Below are positions 30,501 through 40,207 of a stretch of DNA of 64,000 bases, in pieces (position 1 is the stretch's first letter; every line of letters begins with the position of its first letter). The position numbers and the translations under genes were made by a program. The stretch is from Limisphaerales bacterium (GTDB lineage: Bacteria > Verrucomicrobiota > Verrucomicrobiia > Limisphaerales > JAJOIW01), in NCBI GenBank assembly GCA_965657355.1, contig CBFHOE010000002.1, positions 32,001 to 96,000 on the forward strand, written 5' to 3'. The notes below the pieces were generated by a model. That model did not search any database. It worked only from the letters and a program-made list of their open reading frames with translations, and had not been told where the DNA came from.

Positions 30501-33175
30501 ACCCGCCGGCTTCGTATTATAAAATTTTGAGAGATCCTGAAATCACGATGGAAAACACGACCCATCTATTCCTGGCAACCAGATTCAATTGCAATAAGTG
30601 CCACGACCACCCGTTTGAGAGATGGACACAAGATCAGTATTATGAAATGGCGGCTTTTTTCGCGAGGACATCCCTGAAAACTGACCCAGAAAGCAAAGAC
30701 AAAAAAATCGGGGGAACCGCTGTAGAATCAGCAAAACCTTTATTTGAAATGGTTTTTGAGAAAGATACCGGAGAAATTAAGCACCAAAGAACTGGGCTTG
30801 AAACACCTCCATCATTTCCATTTAAAGCCGGTGAAGTCCAATGGGAGGGTCAAAACCGAAGAGAAGTTTTGGCCGACTGGATCACGTCGAGTGACAATCC
30901 CTACTTTGCTTCAAGTTATGTTAACAGGCTATGGGGCTATCTTCTTGGCACTGGAATCATAGAGCCACTCGATGACATTCGAGCAGGAAATCCTCCCTCA
31001 AACCCTCAGCTACTTAATTATCTCACTGACGAATTTATTAAAAGTAACTTTAACAGTAGGCATATAATAAGACTTATATGCCAGTCTAGAACCTATCAAC
31101 TATCTGTTGAGTCCAATAAATGGAATGAAGACGATCAGATTAACTTTTCCCACGCAAAAGCCCGCAGACTTCCAGCGGAAGTTTTATATGATTCCATACA
31201 CGAAGTTCTTGGAAGCATCCCCAAGATTCCGGGTGTAGCACCTGGAACGAGGGCATCCGCTTTGCCTGATTCCGCAATAAAACTCAAAGATGGATTTCTC
31301 GGAAACTTTGGAAGACCAGCCAGAGAGTCGTCGTGTGAATGTGAACGGAGTAGCGATCTACAGCTGGGGCCAGTCATGGCACTCATCAGTGGGCCTACAC
31401 TTGGAAATGCCATCTCTGATAAAGACAATATATTGAAAAAGCTTATCGAAAATTCTCAATCAGATGAAGAGTGGATAAAGGACATATTTAGTCGAATATT
31501 AAACCGGCCCGCGTCATCTGCTGAAGTTCAAGCCACCATAGACACCCTTAAAGTCCAACCCATGGAGCATAAAAGACTGGTTGCTCAACTGGAGAAATAC
31601 ACAAAGCAATCAAAGCCCCATAGAGATCGTTTGGAAAAAGAAAGACAAGAGTCAATTGATTCAGCTCGGGAAGCACTAAGTAATTTTCGAGATCAGTGGA
31701 ACATTAAAAAAGAAAAGCTAACCGTGGAAAGAAAGCAAATGGTTGCGGATACCTCAAGCAGGTTAAATTTGCTCAAAAAGGACATTCGGAAAAATCTTTC
31801 AAACCTCACCAGCAAGCTTAGAGAAAAAACTCAATGGACCAATGCAGAGATCCCTTACTTTGCGGCTACCAATGGGAGCAAACTAAGACTGGTTGAGAAC
31901 GGAAATATAATGGCGAGTGGAGATCTTAATTTAACCACTTATGATCTTTATCTCCATCCCGACTCAAAACAGATCACTGGACTAAGACTAAACACTTTAC
32001 CAGATAAAAGTTTACCTAAAAATGGCCCCGGACGAGCATCAGGCGACGGAAATTTTGTACTCACCGAAATTGTTGCAGAGCTTTTCGAACCTGTATCGCA
32101 ACCCAAAGGCAATGGAGCCGGATCGGAACTCAAAGTTTGGGACACAACGAGTGGAGAGGCCTCTGGGTGGAAACCGAATGACAGGTCTGAATGGCTTAAA
32201 CTAGATAGTGGATTATTTGCTCTGAAATCCGAAGATGCTGATCCATATATTACAGTTGATTTCTCTGGTCCTTCGGGTTGGTATCAGGTCGATGTCCTCA
32301 TGGAGATAGCAACAAAAGATCAAGTTGAGGCTCAGCTTTTTTACAGCGAGGAAAAACCACATCAATATTCAGAGCAAAAGAGTTTAAGAGCTTTAATAGA
32401 CCCTAAAGCAGGAGGAATTCAAAATGTTAGTTTCTTGTTCAAAGCTCAGTCACCATTAAAAAGTCTTCGGCTGGATCCCTCAGCAAAGAAAGGGGTTTCG
32501 ACCATTTATCAAATATCCGCAACTCCTTTCGGCCAATTAAAATCCACAAAACTTAAGTTTTCCAAGGCAGTCTCGAATTTTAATCAAAATGGTTTCGAGG
32601 TTAAAAAGGCCATCAATGGGAATCTTAATGGAAATGATGGATGGGCTATCGCACCTCAGATGGGAAAACCCCATACAGCACTCTTTACTTTGGAAAAGCC
32701 CCTAAACCTTGACCCAAATATTGGAAGTTTTCTCAAATTGAGCTTAATCCAGAATTATAAAAGTAAATCTCATTCAATCGGTCGCTTTAATATACAAATG
32801 ACGGACTCGGAACGAGCAGACGAATTCGGAGTTCCAGCATCGATAGCGTCAGTGGTAAAAATCCCTCAATCACAGCGGTCGGAAGACCAGACTAGCCAGC
32901 TAGTCGAATATTTTGCAGACCAGAATGAAGAATATATAAAAACCAAAAAAGAGCTTGTTGAACTCAAGAAACCCATCCCTGATGATCCAAAAATAGCGGA
33001 ATTGGAAGGCGCAGTAAAATTAGCAGAGATGCCAGTCCCAAGGGATCCAATTTTAGAGCGCCTCAAATTAGACGTTGAGCTCAGTACTAATCAGTTAACG
33101 AATCCTAAGCTAACAGTCGCGCAGGATTTAGCTTGGGCTCTCATTAATAGTCCAGCCTTTCTCTTTAATCATTAA
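27578..33175 (+). CDS. Planctomycete-type cytochrome c + WD40 + Ig-like + DUF1549/DUF1553 protein
   Basis: CIGCH heme motif with GGES and MPP, WD40 repeats (FSPDG, WSPDG), GCNSGTCHGAKDGKNGFKLSLRGYD, RRLYLDLTGLPP, CNKCHDHPFE, VNRLW, RRLPAEV, FGRPARESSCECER, WALINSPAFLFNH. Confidence 0.93.
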   Translation: MRIINYFFGKPSTSFSNLLRTLLILFCATGVGEESQTNSGQKVSFYSQIKPIFQRECIGCHQPAKKKGDYVMTDFVSLLQGGESDENAIIPGNAPKSLLLEVISPIDGEAEMPPDGDALSQFEIELIAKWINEGAKDDSPANSKISFSTENPPIYNGQPAITSLKFSPDGQQIAVAGYHEILLISAKTGEIQKRLIGESPRIQSIAWSPDGSKIAMAGGSPGRAGEIQVWDISKSKLLLSHFSTYDTLMGVSWSPDGTKVAFGGTDNVVRAISVPKGEEILYQGSHDDWPLDTTFSTDGDYVISVGRDMTAKLTHLDTQRFIDNITSITPGALKGGINSVMAHPKGEFIIFGGADGTPKIYRYQRKTKREIGDDANQILVLPNQPGRIFGVDSNAEGTIVASVSSYKGDGFLSVSKVTSNLTPPEDIRKILVTPTHRRNGDQKNKLAAYFKNNASVIYKKEFPGTPLFSVSLDPNENKVAASGKGGIVTIVDLDTSKIVQEHEIIPEISEVAQVKNKEEYSASKNWILPNERPEELPFQTLPKDKKIASLEVNPSQINISESSGYSQLTITGFTPEGEMWDLSRMVKYEFENKSIDVSLTGFVSPVANGESSIEISIGDIRKVIPVSVSGIDSQFRPDWSLHVNPVLSRLGCNSGTCHGAKDGKNGFKLSLRGYDPVMDIMSLTDDIASRRVNFAAPTQSLMLLKSSSEIPHEGGQLVNPAHDYYKILENWILDGGDVSPTPDKKVSELRIYPTNPVIQKEGFFQQMQVIAVYPDGKQRDVTRESFVESGNTEVAQAAKGWPGLVRASRRGEAPLLVRYEGAYASTILTVMGDRSEFVWNEPEYNSSIDKLVAEKWKRMKIHPSGLSDDYTFVRRLYLDLTGLPPTSDQVDTFIQSPLPNEQKRNNLIDQLLHSEAYVDHWANKWADLLQVNSKFLGKEGTQIFRKWIRNEVAQNTPYDKFVSKIITANGSNKANPPASYYKILRDPEITMENTTHLFLATRFNCNKCHDHPFERWTQDQYYEMAAFFARTSLKTDPESKDKKIGGTAVESAKPLFEMVFEKDTGEIKHQRTGLETPPSFPFKAGEVQWEGQNRREVLADWITSSDNPYFASSYVNRLWGYLLGTGIIEPLDDIRAGNPPSNPQLLNYLTDEFIKSNFNSRHIIRLICQSRTYQLSVESNKWNEDDQINFSHAKARRLPAEVLYDSIHEVLGSIPKIPGVAPGTRASALPDSAIKLKDGFLGNFGRPARESSCECERSSDLQLGPVMALISGPTLGNAISDKDNILKKLIENSQSDEEWIKDIFSRILNRPASSAEVQATIDTLKVQPMEHKRLVAQLEKYTKQSKPHRDRLEKERQESIDSAREALSNFRDQWNIKKEKLTVERKQMVADTSSRLNLLKKDIRKNLSNLTSKLREKTQWTNAEIPYFAATNGSKLRLVENGNIMASGDLNLTTYDLYLHPDSKQITGLRLNTLPDKSLPKNGPGRASGDGNFVLTEIVAELFEPVSQPKGNGAGSELKVWDTTSGEASGWKPNDRSEWLKLDSGLFALKSEDADPYITVDFSGPSGWYQVDVLMEIATKDQVEAQLFYSEEKPHQYSEQKSLRALIDPKAGGIQNVSFLFKAQSPLKSLRLDPSAKKGVSTIYQISATPFGQLKSTKLKFSKAVSNFNQNGFEVKKAINGNLNGNDGWAIAPQMGKPHTALFTLEKPLNLDPNIGSFLKLSLIQNYKSKSHSIGRFNIQMTDSERADEFGVPASIASVVKIPQSQRSEDQTSQLVEYFADQNEEYIKTKKELVELKKPIPDDPKIAELEGAVKLAEMPVPRDPILERLKLDVELSTNQLTNPKLTVAQDLAWALINSPAFLFNH

Positions 33176-33198
33176 TACAAAAAGCAAAGGAATAAGTT

Positions 33199-34668
33199 AT
33201 GTTCAGAATACCAGGCCCAAAAGGCAAAGACCTCTGTGATCCGCATCTCGGGTACACTCGACGAGATATCCTAAGAATGGGAGGAGCCGGCATGCTCGGC
33301 TTGACCCTGAACCAGGTATTCCGGGCCCAAGACCTGTCAGCAGCTGAAAACAGCATTTCAAAGGCAGGATGGGGAAAAGCAAAAAGCGTTATCATGGTTT
33401 ACCTCCAAGGAGGACCGAGTCATATCGACCTCTGGGATCCTAAAAGAGATGTACCAGATAATGTCAGAAGCGTATTTGGTGATATACCTACCAAAATCCC
33501 AGGCATACATTTTAGTGAGGTTTTACCGAACCTGGCAAAAGTGAATGACAAATTCACTATGATCAGGTCGATGAGTTACACACCAAATGGTTTATTCAAC
33601 CATACAGCGGCCATCTATCAAATGATGACAGGATATACGACTGACAAAGTGAGTCCGTCCGGCCAGCTAGAACCTCCTTCACCAAAAGATTTTCCTAATT
33701 TTGGCTCTCAAATAATTCGAATGAAGCCATCTACCGAGCCCATGCTTCCTTTTGTGATGCTCCCACGTCCACTTCAGGAGAGTAATGTTGTCGGCAAGGG
33801 TGGATCAGCCGGTTTCTTGGGAAAGGCCTACGAACCCTATACGCTTTACCCACAAGGAGGCGACATGGATATGGAAAAAATGGCAAGGATCAAGATAGAT
33901 GACCTTCAGCTTCAACCTGACATCTTTTCGCTTAGGCTAAAAAGAAGGGCCTCATTAAGAGATGCTATTAACGCACAAATGCCAAAGATTGAGAAGGCCG
34001 TTGAAAACTACTCTTTGGATTCTTATTATCAACAGGCACTTGATTTAATTATTTCCGGGAGAGCCCGGGATGCATTCGCTCTCGAACGTGAACCGGAAAA
34101 CATAAGAGATCTTTATGGTCGTAATACTTTCGGTGACTCCTGCCTCCTTGCAAGAAGGTTGGTAGAGGCAGGAACTAGAGTCGTTGAAGTGATCTGGCCT
34201 AAGGTTGCAAATTCCGACAATCACTCGTGGGATCATCACAAAGATCTATCTAAGCGAATGAAAAACCAATCTGCTCCGATGCTCGATAAGGGACTATCGG
34301 GTCTATTTACAGATCTTGATGAAAGAGGGCTGCTAGATGAAACGCTTGTCGTCGCTGTGGGTGAATTTGGTCGAAGCCCACAAAGAGGTGTTTCAACATC
34401 TGGAAACGGGAATACCGATGATGGCAGGGATCATTGGCCTTATTGCTACACATCTGTCATTGGCGGAGCTGGCATTAAGCGGGGGTATGTTCATGGTAAG
34501 TCCGATCAAACTGCCTCAGCTCCAACTGAGGACCCTGTTCACCCAGGTGAATTGCTTGCCTCCATTTATTATTCTCTTGGCATCGACCCTCAAACTATTG
34601 TGATGAACCATTTGAATCAACCAAGAGAGCTTGTAAAATCCCATCACTTACCTGCTCTTTTTGCCTAA
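33199..34668 (+). CDS. DUF1501 domain protein with a Tat-like motif
   Basis: [58 protein letters not shown]. Confidence 0.93.
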   Translation: MFRIPGPKGKDLCDPHLGYTRRDILRMGGAGMLGLTLNQVFRAQDLSAAENSISKAGWGKAKSVIMVYLQGGPSHIDLWDPKRDVPDNVRSVFGDIPTKIPGIHFSEVLPNLAKVNDKFTMIRSMSYTPNGLFNHTAAIYQMMTGYTTDKVSPSGQLEPPSPKDFPNFGSQIIRMKPSTEPMLPFVMLPRPLQESNVVGKGGSAGFLGKAYEPYTLYPQGGDMDMEKMARIKIDDLQLQPDIFSLRLKRRASLRDAINAQMPKIEKAVENYSLDSYYQQALDLIISGRARDAFALEREPENIRDLYGRNTFGDSCLLARRLVEAGTRVVEVIWPKVANSDNHSWDHHKDLSKRMKNQSAPMLDKGLSGLFTDLDERGLLDETLVVAVGEFGRSPQRGVSTSGNGNTDDGRDHWPYCYTSVIGGAGIKRGYVHGKSDQTASAPTEDPVHPGELLASIYYSLGIDPQTIVMNHLNQPRELVKSHHLPALFA

Positions 34669-34701
34669 GAAAATTTTTCAAAAAGATTTACGACTTGTTA
34701 C

Positions 34702-34729
34702 ACACCTTCCAAATGGAAGGTGTTTTTTA
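34702..34729 (+). terminator. Intrinsic terminator after DUF1501
   Basis: ACACCTTCC-aaat-GGAAGGTGT followed by a T-run. Confidence 0.8.
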
Positions 34730-34761
34730 TTAGGATCCAAAAACTTAATAAAAGATTAATT

Positions 34762-36234
34762 TTATCTGACACCTTTTGATCTCTGGTATTCGAGGAAGTG
34801 TTGGTTCACTTTATGATCTGATGGCGCCGCCCAGGCAGAGTCCTTGCGCGGCAGAGCTTTTTTTAACTCCGATATGAGATTCTTATATTGTGGGATCTCA
34901 GCTAAGTTTTTCCATTCATTAGGATCACTCTGATGATCATACAGCTCAAGACTACCATCGTAATACTTTGTCAACCGGTATCTATCATTCTTAATCGAAT
35001 AGTTACCTCTACCATAGGCCGTTAAAGCAGGGTATGGCCATAATTCCATTGGATTCCTGATCAAGGGTAATAAGGATTGTCCCTGGTTAGTGTCATTAGG
35101 ACTCAGATGACATAAATCCAAAAGTGTTGGATAAATATCGATTAATTCAACAGGCCTGCTGCATTGTTGGTTTTGAGGCAACCCTGGCCCAGCTATTACT
35201 AGAGGAACCTTAGTGGATCGATCCCACAAGGTGTGCTTAGAAAAGCGATTTTTTTCACCCATATGATACCCATGATCACTGAACAAAACTATGATTGTAT
35301 TATCTCTAAATTGACTTTCATTCAGAGCTTTCAGGACTCTTCCAATTTGGTAATCAACAAAATGAACGCTAGCAAGGTAAGCTCTGACGGCCATTTTCCA
35401 TTGTTGAGTCGATTGGGCCCATTTTGTGGTTGGCATTTGAGGCGTCGTATTTACGGAAATTCCCGCTTCAGGAATGTCATCTAGATCGTTAGTTTTCCAG
35501 GGAGGGAGTTGGATGGAATCCGATGGAAATTTTTCCAACCACGCTTTTGGAACATACCAAGGAACATGAGGACGCATGAAACCCACCGCCAAAAAGAACG
35601 GAGCACTTTGGTCTTCGGATAATTCGGAAATAGCAACATTAGCAATTTTGTGGTCCGGCATTTTGGAATCCCTGTCAGGAAAAGCCCCCCAATCGGTTTG
35701 AGTACCTCCAAATTTTTCTGGAAACCAGGACGGATCATAGGAGAATCTTTCTGTGGGTTTTGGGCCAAACCCATCGAACCTTCCATGGTCTACGTCAAAG
35801 TAAGCTGAAGCACTTCCATGAGTAATCTTCCCCACCGCAATTGTCCTGTATCCTGAATTTTTGAACCAATCTGGCAGATGAATAATTTCCTTTTTACCCT
35901 CCATATACCGGTCATAGTCTTTCATTCTATACTGACCATAAATTCCGGTACGGTGTGGGTATAAACCAGTGAAAAGCGATGCCCTACTTGGGCCACAAAT
36001 AGGAGCTTGGCAGTGGGCGTTTGAAAAGGAAGTCCCTCGCGAGGCCAATGCGTCCATGTGCGGAGTGACTGCCTGTGGGTGTTGATTGAGGAATCCAGTC
36101 CAATCATTGAGATCATCAACAGCAATTAGAAGAACATTTTTCGTTCCCTTTTCTTGCCTTTTAAAATCTGATTGGGCCTGAATAGAAAAAGAGATGACGT
36201 AAAAAACCAAAAAAATAATTCGAGGTAATATCAT
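34762..36234 (-). CDS. Secreted Cys-type S1 sulfatase (iduronate-2-sulfatase-like)
   Basis: NVLLIAVDDL, CGPSR, GKITH, GFMRPHVP, SDHGYHMGEK, ELYDHQSDPNEW. Confidence 0.93.
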   Translation of the reverse strand: MILPRIIFLVFYVISFSIQAQSDFKRQEKGTKNVLLIAVDDLNDWTGFLNQHPQAVTPHMDALASRGTSFSNAHCQAPICGPSRASLFTGLYPHRTGIYGQYRMKDYDRYMEGKKEIIHLPDWFKNSGYRTIAVGKITHGSASAYFDVDHGRFDGFGPKPTERFSYDPSWFPEKFGGTQTDWGAFPDRDSKMPDHKIANVAISELSEDQSAPFFLAVGFMRPHVPWYVPKAWLEKFPSDSIQLPPWKTNDLDDIPEAGISVNTTPQMPTTKWAQSTQQWKMAVRAYLASVHFVDYQIGRVLKALNESQFRDNTIIVLFSDHGYHMGEKNRFSKHTLWDRSTKVPLVIAGPGLPQNQQCSRPVELIDIYPTLLDLCHLSPNDTNQGQSLLPLIRNPMELWPYPALTAYGRGNYSIKNDRYRLTKYYDGSLELYDHQSDPNEWKNLAEIPQYKNLISELKKALPRKDSAWAAPSDHKVNQHFLEYQRSKGVR

Positions 36235-36264
36235 TCTTTATCTATTCACTTGAAATGAATATTG

Positions 36265-36299
36265 AAAAGAAAAAAGCACCGGGACATCTCCGGTGCTTT
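36265..36299 (-). terminator. Intrinsic terminator after the peroxiredoxin gene
   Basis: AAAGCACCGG / CCGGTGCTTT stem with an A-run on the + side. Confidence 0.8.
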
Positions 36300-36328
36300 A
36301 AAATAAAAAAATTGCTAATACTGTAATA

Positions 36329-36811
36329 TTAAGAAAGGCCTTCTAAAATCGATTTGATAGCATCAAAGTTTGGGAGATCTTTAGGTGTCGGTGTTTGCTC
36401 TGAATAAACAATTTTACCTTCCTTATCGACCACGAAAGCAGCCCTGGCTGCGGTCATTCCAAACCCGGCAAGATCGGGAATCACGACATCATAAGCTTGG
36501 ATGGTTTCTTTGTTGAGATCGGAGGCTAAAGTAATTGAAATGTTTTCTTTCTCTGCCCAGGCTTCTTGAGCAAAAACGCTATCTACGCTTATACCGATAA
36601 CATCGGCATTAAGATCTGAGTATACGGAAAGGCCGGCTGAAATATCACAGAATTCCTTCGTACAGACACTCGTAAATGCTAATGGAACGAATAATAAAAC
36701 GGTATTTTTGTTGCCAAAATTCTCGCTTAGTTTGACGTCGACAGGATCTTGGCCTGGTTTCTTTGACTTTAGAGAAAAGTCCGGAGCTTGATTACCAACT
36801 GATAAGGGCAT
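36329..36811 (-). CDS. Peroxiredoxin (AhpC/TSA family)
   Basis: APDFSL, PLAFTSVCTKEFC (PxxxTxxC), GISVD, ARAAFVVDKEG. Confidence 0.92.
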   Translation of the reverse strand: MPLSVGNQAPDFSLKSKKPGQDPVDVKLSENFGNKNTVLLFVPLAFTSVCTKEFCDISAGLSVYSDLNADVIGISVDSVFAQEAWAEKENISITLASDLNKETIQAYDVVIPDLAGFGMTAARAAFVVDKEGKIVYSEQTPTPKDLPNFDAIKSILEGLS

Positions 36812-36904
36812 TGTTCGATTATTGATTTAAATTGAGAGTTATATCTTAACCTAGGCTCCGAAATATATGCTAGAAAATTTGGGAGTCAAAGGTTTTAACC
36901 TTTG

Positions 36905-37555
36905 CTATTTAGGAACTAAATCTTCGAAAATAAGACCGTCGAGGTCTTGATAAACGACACTTGCCATATGTAGTTTATCTTTTGCAAAAGTCTGGGCAAC
37001 ACCCACGCACCACATGCCGGCAGCAATAGCGGCTTCAATTCCATGGACGGCATCTTCAATGACAACACACCGTGAAGGAGATACTTTCAAAGATTCGGCA
37101 GCATGCAAAAAAATGTCCGGGGCTGGCTTCTTCCTCTTCACCATTTCACCAGAAACAACCAAATCCCAATCTTTCGCGGGAATTAAACCAATGGCATTTA
37201 AATTCGCGTTTACTTTTACTTTGTCAGCACTCGATGCGACAGCTGTTTTTATTCCCTTGGATCTAATTTCACGAGTTAGTCGCACCGCACCAGGAAAGGC
37301 TTTGAGCCTTGAGGGCACCAAATCGAGATAAATTTCGTAAGTTCTCTTTTTAGCCTCTGAAAGATTGAGGGCAATGCCATATTTCTCAGCAACACCACCT
37401 ATGTAACGGTCTTCCCCAGTCCCAACAAAAGGATAGAAGTCTTCTGGGAGTACATCATAGCCGAGTTCTTTATAAAAACGAACGGCTGCCTCATTTATGA
37501 GGCCTTCAGAATCCGTTAAGACCCCATCCATATCGAAGATAACTAAATCTACCAC
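36905..37555 (-). CDS. HAD-IA family phosphatase (beta-PGM-like)
   Basis: IFDMDGVLTDSE, VASS, KPAPDIF, IEDAVHGIEAA. Confidence 0.92.
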   Translation of the reverse strand: MVDLVIFDMDGVLTDSEGLINEAAVRFYKELGYDVLPEDFYPFVGTGEDRYIGGVAEKYGIALNLSEAKKRTYEIYLDLVPSRLKAFPGAVRLTREIRSKGIKTAVASSADKVKVNANLNAIGLIPAKDWDLVVSGEMVKRKKPAPDIFLHAAESLKVSPSRCVVIEDAVHGIEAAIAAGMWCVGVAQTFAKDKLHMASVVYQDLDGLIFEDLVPK

Positions 37556-37641
37556 GCGCTAAGGGAAACGGGAAATGGGTCGATATTCCAGCAAAAACAT
37601 GGATTTTTTGTTATTGGGCCATTGCGAAATGGTAATGAAAA

Positions 37642-39732
37642 ATGGATAATGTAGATGTGATCAATAGAGTCGGCAAAAAGATTTTAATGCTAGGACTGGT
37701 GCTGGGAATGTTCCTCATGCCTTCCCACTTACTATGCGCATCGCCAGAATTAGATTACGTTAAAATTTATAAAAAAATTAACTCAGCTTCTAAGGAACAA
37801 AAACAGGGAAATAAAGATCGGGCAAGAAAACTATTTAGCCAAAGTTTCAGCGAGATAAATACCTTTCGAAAAAAATATCCCACATGGAACCCAGGTATCA
37901 TAAACTTCAGAATTTCGTTCATTAATCAAAATTTAGAAGCTCTTGGAGCACCATCCGACCTGAAAGAGGAAACCAATAATTCTGGTGATGATGAACAAAC
38001 AAATAGAAAGAATTACGAAGTCCAACTGGCTGGTGACAGGCAAATTCTGAATCATCTCAGGTCCAGAGTCGAGTCTCTCGAACGTGAAAAATCTAACCTA
38101 GAAAAAAAACTGAGAGAAGCATTGACTGCAGCGCCTGACCAAGTGGACCCCGAGGACTTGGAAAGGACTCGCAACAAAGTTCGAGACCTCACGATTGAAA
38201 ACCAACTTCTGCAGGTTCAACTAGCTGAGTCCGTAAAAAAAGCTGCCAATATTGTTCCCTCAGATGATAGCGAAAAGACTATTCAAGAACTGAGCGACAA
38301 AATAACAATTCTCACACTTGAAAAACAGGGGCTTGGTCTCGAAATTGAGAAACTAAAATCTAAAAATATAGATGCCACAGGAGAGATCAAAACAACCATC
38401 GGTGATAGAAACAACCTGAACGAACTCCAGGACACCATTGATTTCCTTGAAAAGGAATTACAAGCATCAAAATCAAAACTGCTTTCTAAAACTCGTTCGG
38501 AAACAGAAGTAATCCAAGCATTGGAAAACATCAAAGATTCCAACCAACAACTTACCCTTGATAAGACTGATCTGGAATCTCAAGTAAAGGAATTAGAGTT
38601 AAAGCTATCTAAGCTTGACGGACTAAAACAGTATCAAAGCCATATAGAAGCGCTTGAAAGCGATTTGGCAACTAAAGACGATCAAATAAATAAATTAACT
38701 TCAGAAAACAAAAAATTAGAGGAGGATAATGCCCTTCTTAGTGAGAAAATCCAAAATCTCTCATTAGCCAATAAGAAGTTGAGCGAGTTACTAGCTGGTA
38801 AGGATAAGAAAATAATTGAGATGGACACTCAATTTCAAGCTTCTGTATCTCGTTATCAATCTAAAATCCAGGAACTTAGAGATCTTAATGATCAGTTGAA
38901 GAATTCTATTGCTGAATCGAGACCAGTAGGAGACGGAGCTGTTAATGAGCTTAAGTCGACAATAAATGTCATGCAAAAAGAGGTGAGCAGCCTGAAAAAC
39001 CAAAATAATTTATTGAAAGACGAAAACGCTGTTTTGAAACAATGGTTAACCAAATTAAATACCCAAATGGATGATTCTGGGAACGAGGTCATTGGCCGAT
39101 CAAAGACTCAGCTAACGAATTACAAACCCGGTGAGGTTCCAAAGTCAAAGACAAACCCCGGGGCATTTGACCTCGCTACTGGAAATGAACTGAGCAATGA
39201 AGCTAACAAGGAAAAACTTGCGAAAATTTCAGAAATTGAAAAAGAACTCAGTGAAGAACTTAAAAGCAACCCAAATGATTTAAAATTGAGAAACAGGTAT
39301 GCTGCCCTTTTGATGGACAAGGGTGATTTCAAAAAAGCGAGGGCATTCGTCAATGAAAATATTGCAATGTTTCCTGATGAATCCGAGCCATATGTTCTCC
39401 GGGCTTTACTTGCAAGGAGAGAAGAAAATTTCAAAGAAGCAGTGGGGATATTGGCCAAGGCTATTGAATTGTCTCCCAAAAATGCAAATGCTCATATGCT
39501 ATTGGGGACTATTTTGAGTGAGCTTGGGCACAGGAAGGCAGCCGAAGAGTCACTCCGGCGGGCCGTAAGATTGGACCCTAAAAATCCCCTAGCGCATTAC
39601 AATTTAACCGTCGCTTACCTCTTTCAAAAACCCGCTTATAAGGCTTTAGCACAATATCACTATTCAGAGGCTGTTCGACTGGGCCACCCTCGGGATGCTG
39701 AAATTGAACTGAGAATTCAAAGGACAAATTAA
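37642..39732 (+). CDS. Exported coiled-coil protein with C-terminal TPRs
   Basis: Signal-like N-terminus, YPTWNPGIINFR, long heptad-rich region, TPRs (AIELSPKNANAH, AVRLDPKNPLAHYNL). Confidence 0.8.
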   Translation: MDNVDVINRVGKKILMLGLVLGMFLMPSHLLCASPELDYVKIYKKINSASKEQKQGNKDRARKLFSQSFSEINTFRKKYPTWNPGIINFRISFINQNLEALGAPSDLKEETNNSGDDEQTNRKNYEVQLAGDRQILNHLRSRVESLEREKSNLEKKLREALTAAPDQVDPEDLERTRNKVRDLTIENQLLQVQLAESVKKAANIVPSDDSEKTIQELSDKITILTLEKQGLGLEIEKLKSKNIDATGEIKTTIGDRNNLNELQDTIDFLEKELQASKSKLLSKTRSETEVIQALENIKDSNQQLTLDKTDLESQVKELELKLSKLDGLKQYQSHIEALESDLATKDDQINKLTSENKKLEEDNALLSEKIQNLSLANKKLSELLAGKDKKIIEMDTQFQASVSRYQSKIQELRDLNDQLKNSIAESRPVGDGAVNELKSTINVMQKEVSSLKNQNNLLKDENAVLKQWLTKLNTQMDDSGNEVIGRSKTQLTNYKPGEVPKSKTNPGAFDLATGNELSNEANKEKLAKISEIEKELSEELKSNPNDLKLRNRYAALLMDKGDFKKARAFVNENIAMFPDESEPYVLRALLARREENFKEAVGILAKAIELSPKNANAHMLLGTILSELGHRKAAEESLRRAVRLDPKNPLAHYNLTVAYLFQKPAYKALAQYHYSEAVRLGHPRDAEIELRIQRTN

Positions 39733-39757
39733 TTACCAAAAGACACCTTAAAAATTC

Positions 39758-40177
39758 ATGCTTCAAGCCATTCACAATTTAACGGTCCCGACCAGCGGAA
39801 GGGGTTTTACCATGATAACCTCCGAAGTTAATGGTTTTGTGAACGATTCAGGAATAACTACGGGATTAGCAACGCTTCAGCTTCAGCACACATCGGCCTC
39901 TCTTCTCATTCAAGAAAATGCAGATCCTGATGTCAGAGTTGACTTTGAGACTTGGATTTCAAAAATTGTTGCAGACGGTGATCCAGATTTCATCCACACT
40001 TTTGAGGGTAAGGATGATATGGCAGCACACATTAGAACAGCTCTTACGACAGTAAATTTAAGCATTCCCATCACTGATAATCGACTTGCGTTAGGGACAT
40101 GGCAGGGCATCTATCTCTGGGAACACAGGTATCATTCACATCGCAGAAATATTGTCATTCACCTCATTGGTGAGTAA
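39758..40177 (+). CDS. yjbQ: YjbQ/UPF0047 family protein
   Basis: HTSASLLIQENADPDV, HTFEGKDDMAAHI, LGTWQGIYLWEHR. Confidence 0.93.
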   Translation: MLQAIHNLTVPTSGRGFTMITSEVNGFVNDSGITTGLATLQLQHTSASLLIQENADPDVRVDFETWISKIVADGDPDFIHTFEGKDDMAAHIRTALTTVNLSIPITDNRLALGTWQGIYLWEHRYHSHRRNIVIHLIGE

Positions 40178-40207
40178 AAGCGCCACCAGGTATTTATCGA
40201 TCATTAT

